Positions 1 to 8,493 are shown, counted from the first letter of the stretch. The stretch: DNA of 22,514 nucleotides from Thermococcus sp. JdFR-02 (GCA_002009975.1 MTLP01000015.1:1-22514), one strand, 5' to 3'. Notes: generated by a model from the sequence alone, not told the origin. Numbers and translations: made by a program.

Positions 1-181
1 CCATCTCCTCCCTCTCGCGCTGCATGCGCTTCCTGTAGTTGTCAAAGTCAGCCTGAAGGTAGCGCAGCCTGTTCAGGTAGTCCTCCGCCTTTTCCTGAGC
101 CTGCTTTAACTCATCCCGAAGCCTGGCGAGTTCCTTCTCTAGCTCCTCAACCTTTGCCTTAGCTTCTGCGCCCTCGCTCAT
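1..181 (-). CDS. grpE: GrpE nucleotide exchange factor, 5' part (runs off the window)
   Basis: Manual minus-strand translation from ATG 181 gives MSEGAEAKAKVEELEKELARLRDELKQAQEKAEDYLNRLRYLQADFDNYRKRMQREREEM. This is a coiled coil followed by the GrpE LRxQADFDNYRKR motif. A GGTGGTGG RBS lies at 190-183. Confidence 0.95.
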   Translation of the reverse strand, partial: MSEGAEAKAKVEELEKELARLRDELKQAQEKAEDYLNRLRYLQADFDNYRKRMQREREEM

Positions 182-246
182 GCCACCACCGGGATAAAAA
201 GCAACTACAGCGCTACCTCGAAAACCTTGCATAACAAGATTAAAAT

Positions 247-270
247 TTTTAATAACGAAAGGTTACTAAA
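247..270 (-). promoter_or_regulatory. Putative heat-shock repressor operator (Phr/HSR1-type inverted repeat) upstream of grpE
   Basis: The minus strand reads TTTAGTAACCTTTCGTTATTAAAA, which fits TTTAnnnACnnnnnGTnAnnAAAA (the Pyrococcus Phr consensus as I recall it). It lies 66 bp upstream of a chaperone gene. Confidence 0.7.
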
Positions 271-600
271 CCAGGTTGTTTATCTAACATTGATCCCTCC
301 TGTTGCGCTATTGTGGCGCTAGAAAAGGGGGCTCTCAAGGAAGAAAGAAGATGTGAATGAGAAAGAGCTCTCTGATATGTAAGTGACAGAAGCCAGGGGG
401 AGTGCTCTAGGCGAGAGTTGGTCAGGGAGTGCACAGGTGTTGCACTGAAGATATGGGTGAGAGAAAATATTCCTTTCTCGGAAGCGATACGCTTTATTCA
501 GTTTTTCCCGGTTTTGTGATTCTGCACATGCCATATACAGAGATACGCTTTTATATTTTTTGATTTTTTGTGAACTCTGGGCGTTCGGAGATGCTGGAAT

Positions 601-618
601 AAAAGAAAGGTTTATATA
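601..618 (+). promoter_or_regulatory. Archaeal BRE/TATA promoter of the surface protein gene
   Basis: Purine-rich AAAAGAAAGG directly followed by TTTATATA (611-618), about 90 bp upstream of ATG 709. Confidence 0.7.
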
Positions 619-708
619 CCAGAGGATGCAAAGTAAAAATGTTTTAGAGACGTTGTTTTAGAGGCGTTTCCTACCGTAGATGGGGGAAATGGGAGTAAGT
701 GGGTAGTT

Positions 709-2469
709 ATGGGATATATGGAAAAAAGGACCCTTACAAGTATGGGTTTAACTGTGCTCATTGTTTTTTTGCTCATTCTCTCGGGACCGGCTGCGGCTGT
801 GAAGGTAACCCTTCAGGGCATTCAAACCACAGCACAGCCGATGGACACTTCAAATGATATTATCGAATTCAACTTAACCGTAGAGTTAAAAAGCCCTGAT
901 CAGTACGTGCCTATGCAGAACATCACGCTTAACCTCACAGGGCCTATGAACAGAACCTTCCGTTTAGACCTTAACGGAAATGTGATTCAGGGCAATCTCT
1001 CCCCCAACGAGCTTGTGGTAACTCCCACCGGAAGCTTGGGGAATTTAAGTTACGGCTTTGGCTACGGGTATGATGAAAACGCAGGCACATACCACAACTT
1101 TGGCTATGGTTATGGCTACGGTTATGCTGGCGGTCTCCCCTTAAATAAGACCTACAATATAAAGCTGAACACCACATATATGTCCGACGGGAACTACACA
1201 GCAGTTGCCTATTTTCCCACAGGAAACTCAAACAAACCTTACTTCGCCTCTACACCGGTTAACTTTGAAATCCTGCCAAGGCAGATAACAGTAACAATTC
1301 CACTTCTGTCGTCGAACAGCACAAACTCCTCAGGAGTTATTAACACCTCTGTTGGCAGTTATGAGTGGATTATATCTACCAACGGCTCCACACCTGCGGT
1401 GAACCTTACTGTAAATATCAGCGTAAATCCACCCAGTGGTACCACGAGTCTGAGCGGTGTAGAGGGAGCTATTCTGGATGCCTACTTCTCTATCGATGTC
1501 GACAATTCGAACTGGTATGATAATGTAACAGTCGAGATCAGACTTTACTACAACGAATCGAAGATACCCTCAGGGGTAAGCGAGAGCAGCCTCAGACCTC
1601 TAAGATACACCAACGGTGGCTGGGGTCTGCCTCTCGAGGCACAGACCCTTGCTGATGGCACAGTGGTGTATGCCTCCGGAGTAAACACCTCCGCCAACTA
1701 CGTGTGGGCGAATCTGAGCCACTTCAGTGTATATGGAATTGGCGGTACTGTGATCTCGGCACCTGCAGTTGTTGCTGCTACCGTCCCAGGTGTTAGGAGC
1801 ACCCCACCTGACAAGTTTGAGATTACCATAGGGTTCATCAAACCCGGAGAGACTGGCGTATTCAACATCGGCGACGATGGTAAGATTTACTTCACCCAGC
1901 TTGCAATAAAGGCAGAGAAGTGGATAAGCGGTGTAACTATAAAAGGGAAGACGATTTCCAAGCCAGCTGATATACCTGCTGCCCCCGGCGGAGTTCTAGC
2001 CTACATCGACATGGACACTTTAATTAAGGAAGAGCAGGTGGAGTACGCGGATATAACCTTCCGCGTGCCTAAGTCCTGGATAGATGAGGAGGAGATAGAC
2101 GCCGAGAAGGTGGCGCTATACAGGTACGATGGCACCTGGACAAAGCTAAGCACCAATAAAGTGGGTGAGGACGCGAGCTATGTGTACTACACCGCCCGCT
2201 CACCCGGATTCAGCTACTTCGCCATCGCGGGCGAGAAGTTGGTAGCTCCCCCACCAATTACCACTCCGCCAACTACGCCTGCTCCAACCGCTCCTGCAAC
2301 GCCTGCGCCCATAACACCCGCACCTACAACCCCTGCGCCTACCGCACCTCCACTTACCACTCCCGTCCCTGCGGTGCCACCCGAGCAACCATGGATTAAG
2401 TGGATACTTGCGCTGGTTATAATAATAATGGTTGCGGCGGCTGTTTACTACTACACAAGAAGGCGATGA
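709..2469 (+). CDS. Cell-surface glycoprotein (S-layer-like) with PGF-pre-PGF domain, Pro/Thr linker and C-terminal membrane anchor
   Basis: Signal peptide ending GPAAA; 19 NxS/T sequons counted by hand; GYGYG motifs; a domain ending SPGFSYFAI (PGF-pre-PGF); a PAPT-rich linker; a TM helix followed by RRR. The start could instead be ATG 718. Confidence 0.85.
   Translation: MGYMEKRTLTSMGLTVLIVFLLILSGPAAAVKVTLQGIQTTAQPMDTSNDIIEFNLTVELKSPDQYVPMQNITLNLTGPMNRTFRLDLNGNVIQGNLSPNELVVTPTGSLGNLSYGFGYGYDENAGTYHNFGYGYGYGYAGGLPLNKTYNIKLNTTYMSDGNYTAVAYFPTGNSNKPYFASTPVNFEILPRQITVTIPLLSSNSTNSSGVINTSVGSYEWIISTNGSTPAVNLTVNISVNPPSGTTSLSGVEGAILDAYFSIDVDNSNWYDNVTVEIRLYYNESKIPSGVSESSLRPLRYTNGGWGLPLEAQTLADGTVVYASGVNTSANYVWANLSHFSVYGIGGTVISAPAVVAATVPGVRSTPPDKFEITIGFIKPGETGVFNIGDDGKIYFTQLAIKAEKWISGVTIKGKTISKPADIPAAPGGVLAYIDMDTLIKEEQVEYADITFRVPKSWIDEEEIDAEKVALYRYDGTWTKLSTNKVGEDASYVYYTARSPGFSYFAIAGEKLVAPPPITTPPTTPAPTAPATPAPITPAPTTPAPTAPPLTTPVPAVPPEQPWIKWILALVIIIMVAAAVYYYTRRR
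2248..2385 (+). repeat. Low-complexity Pro/Thr/Ala repeat linker within the CDS
   Basis: PPPITTPPTTPAPTAPATPAPITPAPTTPAPTAPPLTTPVPAVPP, with degenerate TPAP(T/I) units. Confidence 0.7.
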
Positions 2470-2514
2470 GAAGCTATTGTTCCACAGATTAACTGGATTA
2501 TTGAGGTAATTCGC

Positions 2515-2718
2515 ATGGCTACAGTGAGAATACCTGACAGGCTCTATATGGAGATAGAAGAGAGGGTGAAGGAGAGCGGAGAGTTTGAGAGTGTTGAAGA
2601 GTACGTAACCTTCGTGCTTGAAGAACTGCTTAAAGATGAGGAAGAAGAGGAGTACTCCCTCTCTGAAGAAGATGAAGAAAAGGTTAAGGAGCGCCTTCGT
2701 GGTCTGGGCTACCTCTGA
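2515..2718 (+). CDS. Small CopG/ribbon-helix-helix protein with acidic linker and C-terminal ERLRGLGYL motif
   Basis: N-terminal TVRIPDRLYMEIEERV...FESVEEYVTFVLEELL fits an RHH pattern. GAGGT RBS upstream. C-terminus DEEKVKERLRGLGYL. Confidence 0.8.
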   Translation: MATVRIPDRLYMEIEERVKESGEFESVEEYVTFVLEELLKDEEEEEYSLSEEDEEKVKERLRGLGYL

Positions 2719-2930
2719 ATCGGCTGCGGCGCACGTCTTCTCTATTTTTACTCTTGAGCCGTAGTGTACAACACAAGCTTTTGGATGTTTAATCACTGGT
2801 GGGAGTGTTATTTATCAGGTTTCGATTTATGAAAAATAAATAATAAAAAAGCAAATCAATATTCCTTATAAAATCATCAAATCATGGGGAGGGCGATATG
2901 TGGTTATGGCCCTAAATAACACCGGACAGA

Positions 2931-3197
2931 TTGATAGTGATGGGAGATGGGGGTGTTGATGTAACACTCCGCCGATTAACCAGCTTAGCAGTGGGTGTGT
3001 TTTTGCTGCTCTACTCCTACCATCTTATAGTTCAGGTCGCATTCAAGTTCTTCTGGTCAAATAAGGGCACACCGGTACCTTTCGAGTGGTTTGCACTTTA
3101 CACTGGCATCGAGTTCTTCGGCGTTATTTGCCTTTACCTGGGCTGGAAGATACTGGATAAAGATATAATGAGACGTGCGGAGACGAGTGAAGCATGA
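2931..3197 (+). CDS. Hypothetical small membrane protein (2 TM)
   Basis: Two hydrophobic stretches; ATGA coupling to the next ORF; TTATAAAA near 2866. The start may be ATG 2940. Confidence 0.6.
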   Translation: MIVMGDGGVDVTLRRLTSLAVGVFLLLYSYHLIVQVAFKFFWSNKGTPVPFEWFALYTGIEFFGVICLYLGWKILDKDIMRRAETSEA

Positions 3198-3451
3198 AGT
3201 GCTCCATCTGCGGCAGCGAGCTGCAGGAAGTTGGCTATTCCGATGAACTGGGCTATCAGAGATACATGTGTCGGAATGGCTGCAAGTTCTGGAATACATT
3301 GAGCTGGCGGCTGAGGGTTATGGCTGGAGATGTCACAGGTCTCTTTTTCATGCTCTGCCTGCTTGTGCTGAGTGCGCCTCTGTGGCTGCCATTCAGGGTC
3401 TATGAAGTAGTCTCACTGAGAATGAGGTGGCTACACAGGAAGTTTTTTTGA
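3194..3451 (+). CDS. Hypothetical zinc-ribbon membrane protein
   Basis: MKCSICG...CRNGC (two Cys pairs) followed by a hydrophobic helix; overlaps the previous stop (ATGA); T-tract at the end. Confidence 0.6.
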   Translation: MKCSICGSELQEVGYSDELGYQRYMCRNGCKFWNTLSWRLRVMAGDVTGLFFMLCLLVLSAPLWLPFRVYEVVSLRMRWLHRKFF

Positions 3452-3783
3452 GAAGTGGGCAGTTGCAAAATAGTTGCACTGGAGATTCAAGGAAGGTGCG
3501 GCTGATGTGCTGAGCACGTTATCCCGGACTGCTATGGGGAGTAACTTATAAACGGGGTTGTTGAAAAAATCCAGATGTTACATATGAGTGGCAGCTCCGT
3601 TATAGATTTTCATGTAAACCAAGCAAAGCAAACACACAAGACATTCATTCTCTGGCAAATAATAAACTTAGTTAAATATTACTTAAATCTGTGTAGCACG
3701 TTGCTATGCTACGTCCATTCTGTGAAAAATTTTTATAAATTTTTTGAATGAACAAAAAGTATATGCTTTTTTTATATCGTTAC

Positions 3784-3792
3784 TTTTATATA
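3784..3792 (+). promoter_or_regulatory. Probable TATA box for ORF 3830
   Basis: TTTTATATA about 40 bp upstream of ATG 3830, in an AT-rich intergenic region. Confidence 0.45.
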
Positions 3793-3829
3793 TTAGGAAA
3801 TAAAGAAGGAAAAAATAGATGGATGCCCG

Positions 3830-4198
3830 ATGAAAGCAGAAATCATTACGCACATTCACAAATCCTCGTACGAGCGGGTGTGGCTTCCCTCATTGAACGG
3901 ACTCCTGCAACCTCACTCCTTATGTGAGAGCTGTGGTTCTGTTAAGAATATTTCCAGCGACAGGGCTAAAAGCTTGGGATACTACACCAACACCCTTGCA
4001 GAGATTAAGAGCCATCTGGAGAGAAAGGGTGGGAAGCTCACCCAGGTTCAGATCAGGCTGATTATAAAAGAGCTTGAAGGCATAGAAGACTTCGCGGACA
4101 CGTACATAATGCGGGGCAGCGTGCAGAAGAGCATCTTCATCAACACCGTGAGAAAGTATACAGGCTTCTCAAGGAGCCTTATAGAATCGTTCCTTTAG
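3830..4198 (+). CDS. Hypothetical soluble protein with HxxCxxC putative metal-binding motif
   Basis: Clean 122-aa ORF containing PHSLCESCGSVKNISSDRAK. It resembles euryarchaeal conserved hypotheticals (recollection only). Confidence 0.75.
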   Translation: MKAEIITHIHKSSYERVWLPSLNGLLQPHSLCESCGSVKNISSDRAKSLGYYTNTLAEIKSHLERKGGKLTQVQIRLIIKELEGIEDFADTYIMRGSVQKSIFINTVRKYTGFSRSLIESFL

Positions 4199-4291
4199 CC
4201 CATCTGAATTGAGGCAACTATGATAAGAGGGGGGGCAGGGGTAGTGTGTGCTATGCGGAAATACCTGCTGGTGTAGAGGGAGATAGTAGCA

Positions 4292-4736
4292 TTGGACCCG
4301 CTTACTCACATATTCTTACCCCTCGCCCTTGCTCTCCTAAGCTTCTTCGCTATTCTTCCCGACTTTGATGTGTTTTTGGACATTCACCGCGGATTATTTC
4401 ATTCTTTTATTGTTCATCCTCCCATTACTCTTCATCGCCCACATTCTTGCCAGAGAATACTCCAAGTACATCGCCCTGTTTCTCTCTTCGCACCTTGCTC
4501 TGGACTTCATCACAGGCGATGTGCCCTTTCTGTACCCCCTCGTGAATCTCGGCATTGGTGTGGAGTTTCCGCTGGTGATAAAATTCGATAGCGCTCCAAC
4601 TGTGGTTGAGTGGCTTCTGAAGCTTGTGTTCTCCACGCCTATGCAGGTGCATGGGCAAGTTTTCGATGTATTTTCAAGCTTTGGCATCGCCACGCTGCTG
4701 CTGGTCCTGATTATATACTTGAGGAGGGTGAAATGA
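4292..4736 (+). pseudogene. Frameshifted membrane-bound metal-dependent hydrolase (YdjM-like)
   Basis: Motifs MDPLTH, LPDFD and HRGLFHS are in one frame; SHLALD and VPFLYP are in the next. Removing one T from the T4 run at 4405-4408 joins them (HSLLFILPLLF). Confidence 0.8.
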
Positions 4737-4825
4737 AGGCGTATCCTGGCGCCTGTGGCTGCTCTCTCACCTTAATTAGGAAAAGGGGATGAGTCACGGG
4801 AGGATTTAACGCCACGGCAGCTGGC

Positions 4826-4845
4826 AAAGAAATAGTATTATAAAA
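4826..4845 (+). promoter_or_regulatory. Probable BRE/TATA promoter of the flippase
   Basis: AAAGAAATAG followed by TATTATAAAA. The spacing favours ATG 4882 (GGAGG at 4866) over ATG 4846. Confidence 0.5.
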
Positions 4846-4881
4846 ATGGTTAGCATACTTCACGCGGAGGCGTCTTCAGGC

Positions 4882-6117
4882 ATGACAGTGAAATTTCCTC
4901 AGGGGCTGCTTAAAGACGAGCTTCTCAGGCATGGCGGCGTGATGTTCATCGCCTCCATAATAGCCAACGCCCTGAACTACGTATATCAGGTGTATATGGG
5001 CAGGGCCCTGGGACCAGAGCAGTATGGCATCTTCGGCGCTCTCTTCGCCATTTTCTACATGATAGGGATAATCTCTCAGACCCTCTCCACCAGCGCCACG
5101 AGCTTTGTTTCCAAGCTTACAGCCGAGGGCAGGGAGATAGCCTCCTTTCTCCTGGGCGCTATCAAGCGCGTGGCCTTAATAGGTCTAACCTTTTCCCTAC
5201 TTTTCCTCGCAGCCAGCAGGAGCATCGCCTCTGTTCTGAAAATACCCAGCGTTGAGCCCGTGGTGGTGCTCGCCTTTATTCTCTTCCTCGCCTGGGTTAT
5301 GCCCATAAACATCGGCATGCTCCGCGGCTTAAAACGCTTCTTTGCCCTGGGAATGCTCACCGTTTCCAGCGCCTTCTTCAAACTTATTTCCGGCGTTGCC
5401 CTGGTTGCCCTTGGCTATGGTGTTACCGGCGCACTTCTGGGCGTTGCCGTAGGCACGCTCGCCGCCCTGCTTATCTCCTTTTTTCTCATCGCACCCTACC
5501 TCAAGCAGAGTAGCCATGAGTCAAGCTTTAACTTCTCTGCCTTCTACTCCTACTCAGCGCCGGTGATGCTGGCGATGTTCTGCTTCTCTGTTCCAGCTAA
5601 CCTGGACGTGGTGCTTGCCAAGTACTTCTTCTCCGCTCGCGAGGCTGGGTTCTACACCTCGGCAAGCGTGCTTGGCAAGATAATATTCTTCTTCCCCTCG
5701 GCGATATACACGGTGATGTTCCCAATGATTGCCGAGAGACACGCTCGTGGGGAGGATACCTTCCAAGTATTGAAGAAGAGCCTCGCCTACGCTGGCTTAC
5801 TTTCCGGCTCACTGGTTGCCGCCTACCTACTGTTCCCCCAGCTTGTGGTAATCCTCTTCGGCTCCAGCTATCTTGAGGCGCTTCCACTGGTAGCCCCCTA
5901 CGGCTTAGCAATGCTCTTCTTCTCGCTTTCAGTGATTCTGCTCAACTATCACCTGGCGATAAGAAACATGCGCTACGTCACCCTCTTTGCGGGCTTTACC
6001 TTCCTTGAGATTTTCCTTTTATTAACCTTTCACTCCTCGCCATTGGAGCTGGCAGAAGTGCTCCTCTCGGTTAACTTCGCCCTTCTTACTGCGAGCATGG
6101 TGTATACGTTGAGGTGA
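4882..6117 (+). CDS. Oligosaccharide flippase (Wzx/RfbX-like, MOP superfamily)
   Basis: About 12 hydrophobic segments; motifs GRALGPEQYG, NLDVVLAKYFF and EAGFYTSASVLGK. The ORF is open from 4846. Confidence 0.9.
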   Translation: MTVKFPQGLLKDELLRHGGVMFIASIIANALNYVYQVYMGRALGPEQYGIFGALFAIFYMIGIISQTLSTSATSFVSKLTAEGREIASFLLGAIKRVALIGLTFSLLFLAASRSIASVLKIPSVEPVVVLAFILFLAWVMPINIGMLRGLKRFFALGMLTVSSAFFKLISGVALVALGYGVTGALLGVAVGTLAALLISFFLIAPYLKQSSHESSFNFSAFYSYSAPVMLAMFCFSVPANLDVVLAKYFFSAREAGFYTSASVLGKIIFFFPSAIYTVMFPMIAERHARGEDTFQVLKKSLAYAGLLSGSLVAAYLLFPQLVVILFGSSYLEALPLVAPYGLAMLFFSLSVILLNYHLAIRNMRYVTLFAGFTFLEIFLLLTFHSSPLELAEVLLSVNFALLTASMVYTLR

Positions 6118-6149
6118 GCACTTAAGACAAAAAGGAAGTAAGTGATACC

Positions 6150-6397
6150 ATGGACATCGTTTTTACTGACCATGCCGTATTCAAGCTGAAATTGTTAAAA
6201 GAGCACAGCTTTACAATCAACAGAGAAATGGTGTAGAGCTATCCACAACCCAGCCTTCATGACCAAGGCTAAACAGTGACGCTGTGGTTGTTACTGTTAT
6301 GATTGTTAGGAGGATAGAGATACTTGGAGCAAGAAAGAACTTCATCCCAAAGATTCTTCAAAAAATATCAGAAAGCGGAGTGGCTGTTTCAATTTGA
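6150..6397 (+). pseudogene. Decayed DUF4258 (RelE-like toxin) / DUF2283 antitoxin pair remnant
   Basis: MDIVFTDHAVFKLKLLKEH...EMV* followed by AIHNP, then VVVTVMIVRR joined in frame to IEILGARKNFIPKILQKISE*. Confidence 0.55.
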
Positions 6398-6632
6398 GAA
6401 ATTTGCCTGATGGAAATCCTTACTGGGTGGTGTCGGGCGAAACAGACTCCACAGCATAGCAAGAGCGATGCTTTGAAAAAAGCTGGTAACTCTGCTGCTA
6501 TCCCGCGAGATTTTTCCAATGCTGAGGTTTGGGCTGGATTACAACTGCCTCTTAAAGGCAGGCGTATGTTTGACAGATAACAGGTGGCTCGCCTTGAGAG
6601 AGCCTTACTAGCCCACCCCGGAGGGGAGTATA

Positions 6633-7409
6633 ATGGATAAGAGTTGCGTCTCGAGCATACAAATTCACTTTAAGACTGAGGAGAAGATGGTCTCCTTTGT
6701 TGTGCCTGCCTTCAATGAGGCTGGTGGCATCGCTGTTGTGATGAATGAACTCAAAAAGGCAATGCACACACTAAATCAGAAATACGAGATACTGCTGGTA
6801 GACGACGGAAGCACAGACTCCACCCTGGAGAAAGCAAGGGAACTTGAAAAAATGCACAATGGCATTGTTAAGGTGCTCTCCTACAATAGAAACAGGGGAA
6901 AGGGGTATGCCCAGAAGTATGGTTTTGAGCACTCGAAGGGTGAGCTGATATTTTTCATGGATGCAGACGGCGACCTGCCCCCTAGGCAGATAAACAGATT
7001 TCTTGAGGTGATGGAGAAGAGCAGGGCAGACGTTGTGACCGGCTCAAAGAGGCACCCCGATTCAAGGGTTGTAAACTATCCCACCAGTAGAAAGGTGTTG
7101 AGCACCCTCTATGTTCTACTTACCAGAGTGCTCTTCAATTTGAATGTCAGGGATACACAGGTTGGCATGAAGCTGTTCAAGCGTGAAGTGCTTGAAGAGG
7201 TGATGCCAAAGATTCTAGTAAAGAGGTATGCCTTTGATGTGGAGCTGCTGGCAAACGCCACCCGGAGGGGTTACAAGATCGTGGAAGCACCTGTAGAGCT
7301 GACCTTCAAAAATGACAGCAGAATAAACGTCAAAGCGATATGGAACATGTTTGTGGATACCTTCGCTATCGCCTACAGAATGCACATCCTGAGGCACTAC
7401 GACAGGTAG
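6633..7409 (+). CDS. GT2 glycosyltransferase, dolichyl/polyprenyl-phosphate hexose synthase-like (Alg5/DPM1 type)
   Basis: VVPAFNE, VDDGSTD, NRGKG, DADG, GSKRH, DTQVGMKLF and AFDVELL motifs. Alternative start ATG 6687. Confidence 0.9.
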   Translation: MDKSCVSSIQIHFKTEEKMVSFVVPAFNEAGGIAVVMNELKKAMHTLNQKYEILLVDDGSTDSTLEKARELEKMHNGIVKVLSYNRNRGKGYAQKYGFEHSKGELIFFMDADGDLPPRQINRFLEVMEKSRADVVTGSKRHPDSRVVNYPTSRKVLSTLYVLLTRVLFNLNVRDTQVGMKLFKREVLEEVMPKILVKRYAFDVELLANATRRGYKIVEAPVELTFKNDSRINVKAIWNMFVDTFAIAYRMHILRHYDR

Positions 7410-7419
7410 CGTTGTTACG

Positions 7420-8493
7420 ATGAAAATCCTCTGGTATAACTGGCGGGATATAAAAAACCCTGAAGCAGGGGGTGCAGAGGTTTATACCCATGAGATAGCG
7501 AGGAGGCTGGTGGAGAGAGGCTACTCCGTAACGCTGTTTACCGCCGAGTTTAACCGTTGCAGACGAGAGGAGATTGTGGATGGGATTAGAATCATAAGGC
7601 GTGGTGGAAAGTATTCGGTCTATAGAAAAGCAAGAGAATACTGGAAAAAGAATAAGAATTTCGATGTGGTTATTGACGAGATCAACACCAGACCTTTTCT
7701 CACCCCCAAGTATGCCGACAGGGAAAAAATCATCGCCCTGATACACCAGCTCGCCAGGGAGTTCTGGTTCTATGAGACTCCCTTTCCTGTAAGCATGATA
7801 GGATACTACTTTCTTGAAAACTACTGGCTGAGGCATTACCGAAGCGTGCCCACCATCACCGTATCAGAGTCAACGAAGAGCGACTTAGAGCAGCTCGGCT
7901 TTAAGAAGGTCTTCATAGTACCCAATGGCTTGGATGTCAAACCTCTCGACGCCATCCCCAAAAAAAGCGAGCGCCCTACGGTAATCTTCCTGGGCAGAAT
8001 GAAGAGGGCAAAAAAGCCCCAAGACGTCGTTGAGGCGTTCAAGCTGGTAAAGAAAGAGGTTAAGGATGCTCAGCTTTGGATGGTGGGAGACGGATACCTG
8101 CGAAGAAAGCTCGAGCAGAGAGCGAAGGGGGTAAAATTCTTCGGATTCGTAAACGGCAAAACTAGGGTGGAACTGCTAAAGAAAGCCTGGGTTATCGCGG
8201 TGCCAGGAGTAAGAGAAGGCTGGGGGCAGGTGGTAACGCAAGCCAACGCCTGCGCTACGCCTGCAGTTGGCTACGACATCCCGGGCTTAAGAGACTCCAT
8301 AAAGCATAGGTACAACGGCCTGCTCGTAGAGAGCGGCGATATCCACGCTTTTGCGGAGGCGATGATAAAGGTTCTAATCGACGATGAGCTGAGAAAGAAA
8401 CTGAGCAACAACGCGCTGGAGTGGGCTAAACAGTTCAGCTGGGATAAGAGTGCTGAGGAGTTTGAGAGGGTGATTGATCATGTCATCGAATGA
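7420..8493 (+). CDS. GT4 (GT-B) glycosyltransferase, WRD...GGAE subtype
   Basis: NWRDIKNPEAGGAEVY at the N-terminus; FLGRMKRAKK; REGWGQVVTQANACATP and GLRDSI in the C-terminal domain. Confidence 0.92.
   Translation: MKILWYNWRDIKNPEAGGAEVYTHEIARRLVERGYSVTLFTAEFNRCRREEIVDGIRIIRRGGKYSVYRKAREYWKKNKNFDVVIDEINTRPFLTPKYADREKIIALIHQLAREFWFYETPFPVSMIGYYFLENYWLRHYRSVPTITVSESTKSDLEQLGFKKVFIVPNGLDVKPLDAIPKKSERPTVIFLGRMKRAKKPQDVVEAFKLVKKEVKDAQLWMVGDGYLRRKLEQRAKGVKFFGFVNGKTRVELLKKAWVIAVPGVREGWGQVVTQANACATPAVGYDIPGLRDSIKHRYNGLLVESGDIHAFAEAMIKVLIDDELRKKLSNNALEWAKQFSWDKSAEEFERVIDHVIE

Noticed and set aside
249-534. Short minus-strand ORFs upstream of grpE
   Set aside because: No motifs or convincing RBS; one overlaps the putative operator.
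641-668. GTTTTAGAG twice, resembling the start of type II CRISPR repeats
   Set aside because: Two abutting 14-mers with no spacers and no cas genes; not a CRISPR array.
2200-2796. 198-aa minus-strand ORF, and similar antisense or alternate-frame ORFs over the flippase, GTs, ATPase and pelota
   Set aside because: They overlap well-supported genes and have no recognisable motifs.
3473-3497. GTTGCACTGGAGAT (near copy at 439-452) beside an AT-rich tract, as a possible ORB/replication origin
   Set aside because: Poor match to the ORB consensus, no G-string, copies 3 kb apart, and no orc1/cdc6 in the window.
6400-6630. Possible gene fragment (KKLVTLLLSREIFPMLRFG, faintly GtrA-like) and hairpin CTGCCT-N5-AGGCAG at 6545-6561
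   Set aside because: Too short and degenerate to support a call; the hairpin has no T-tract.
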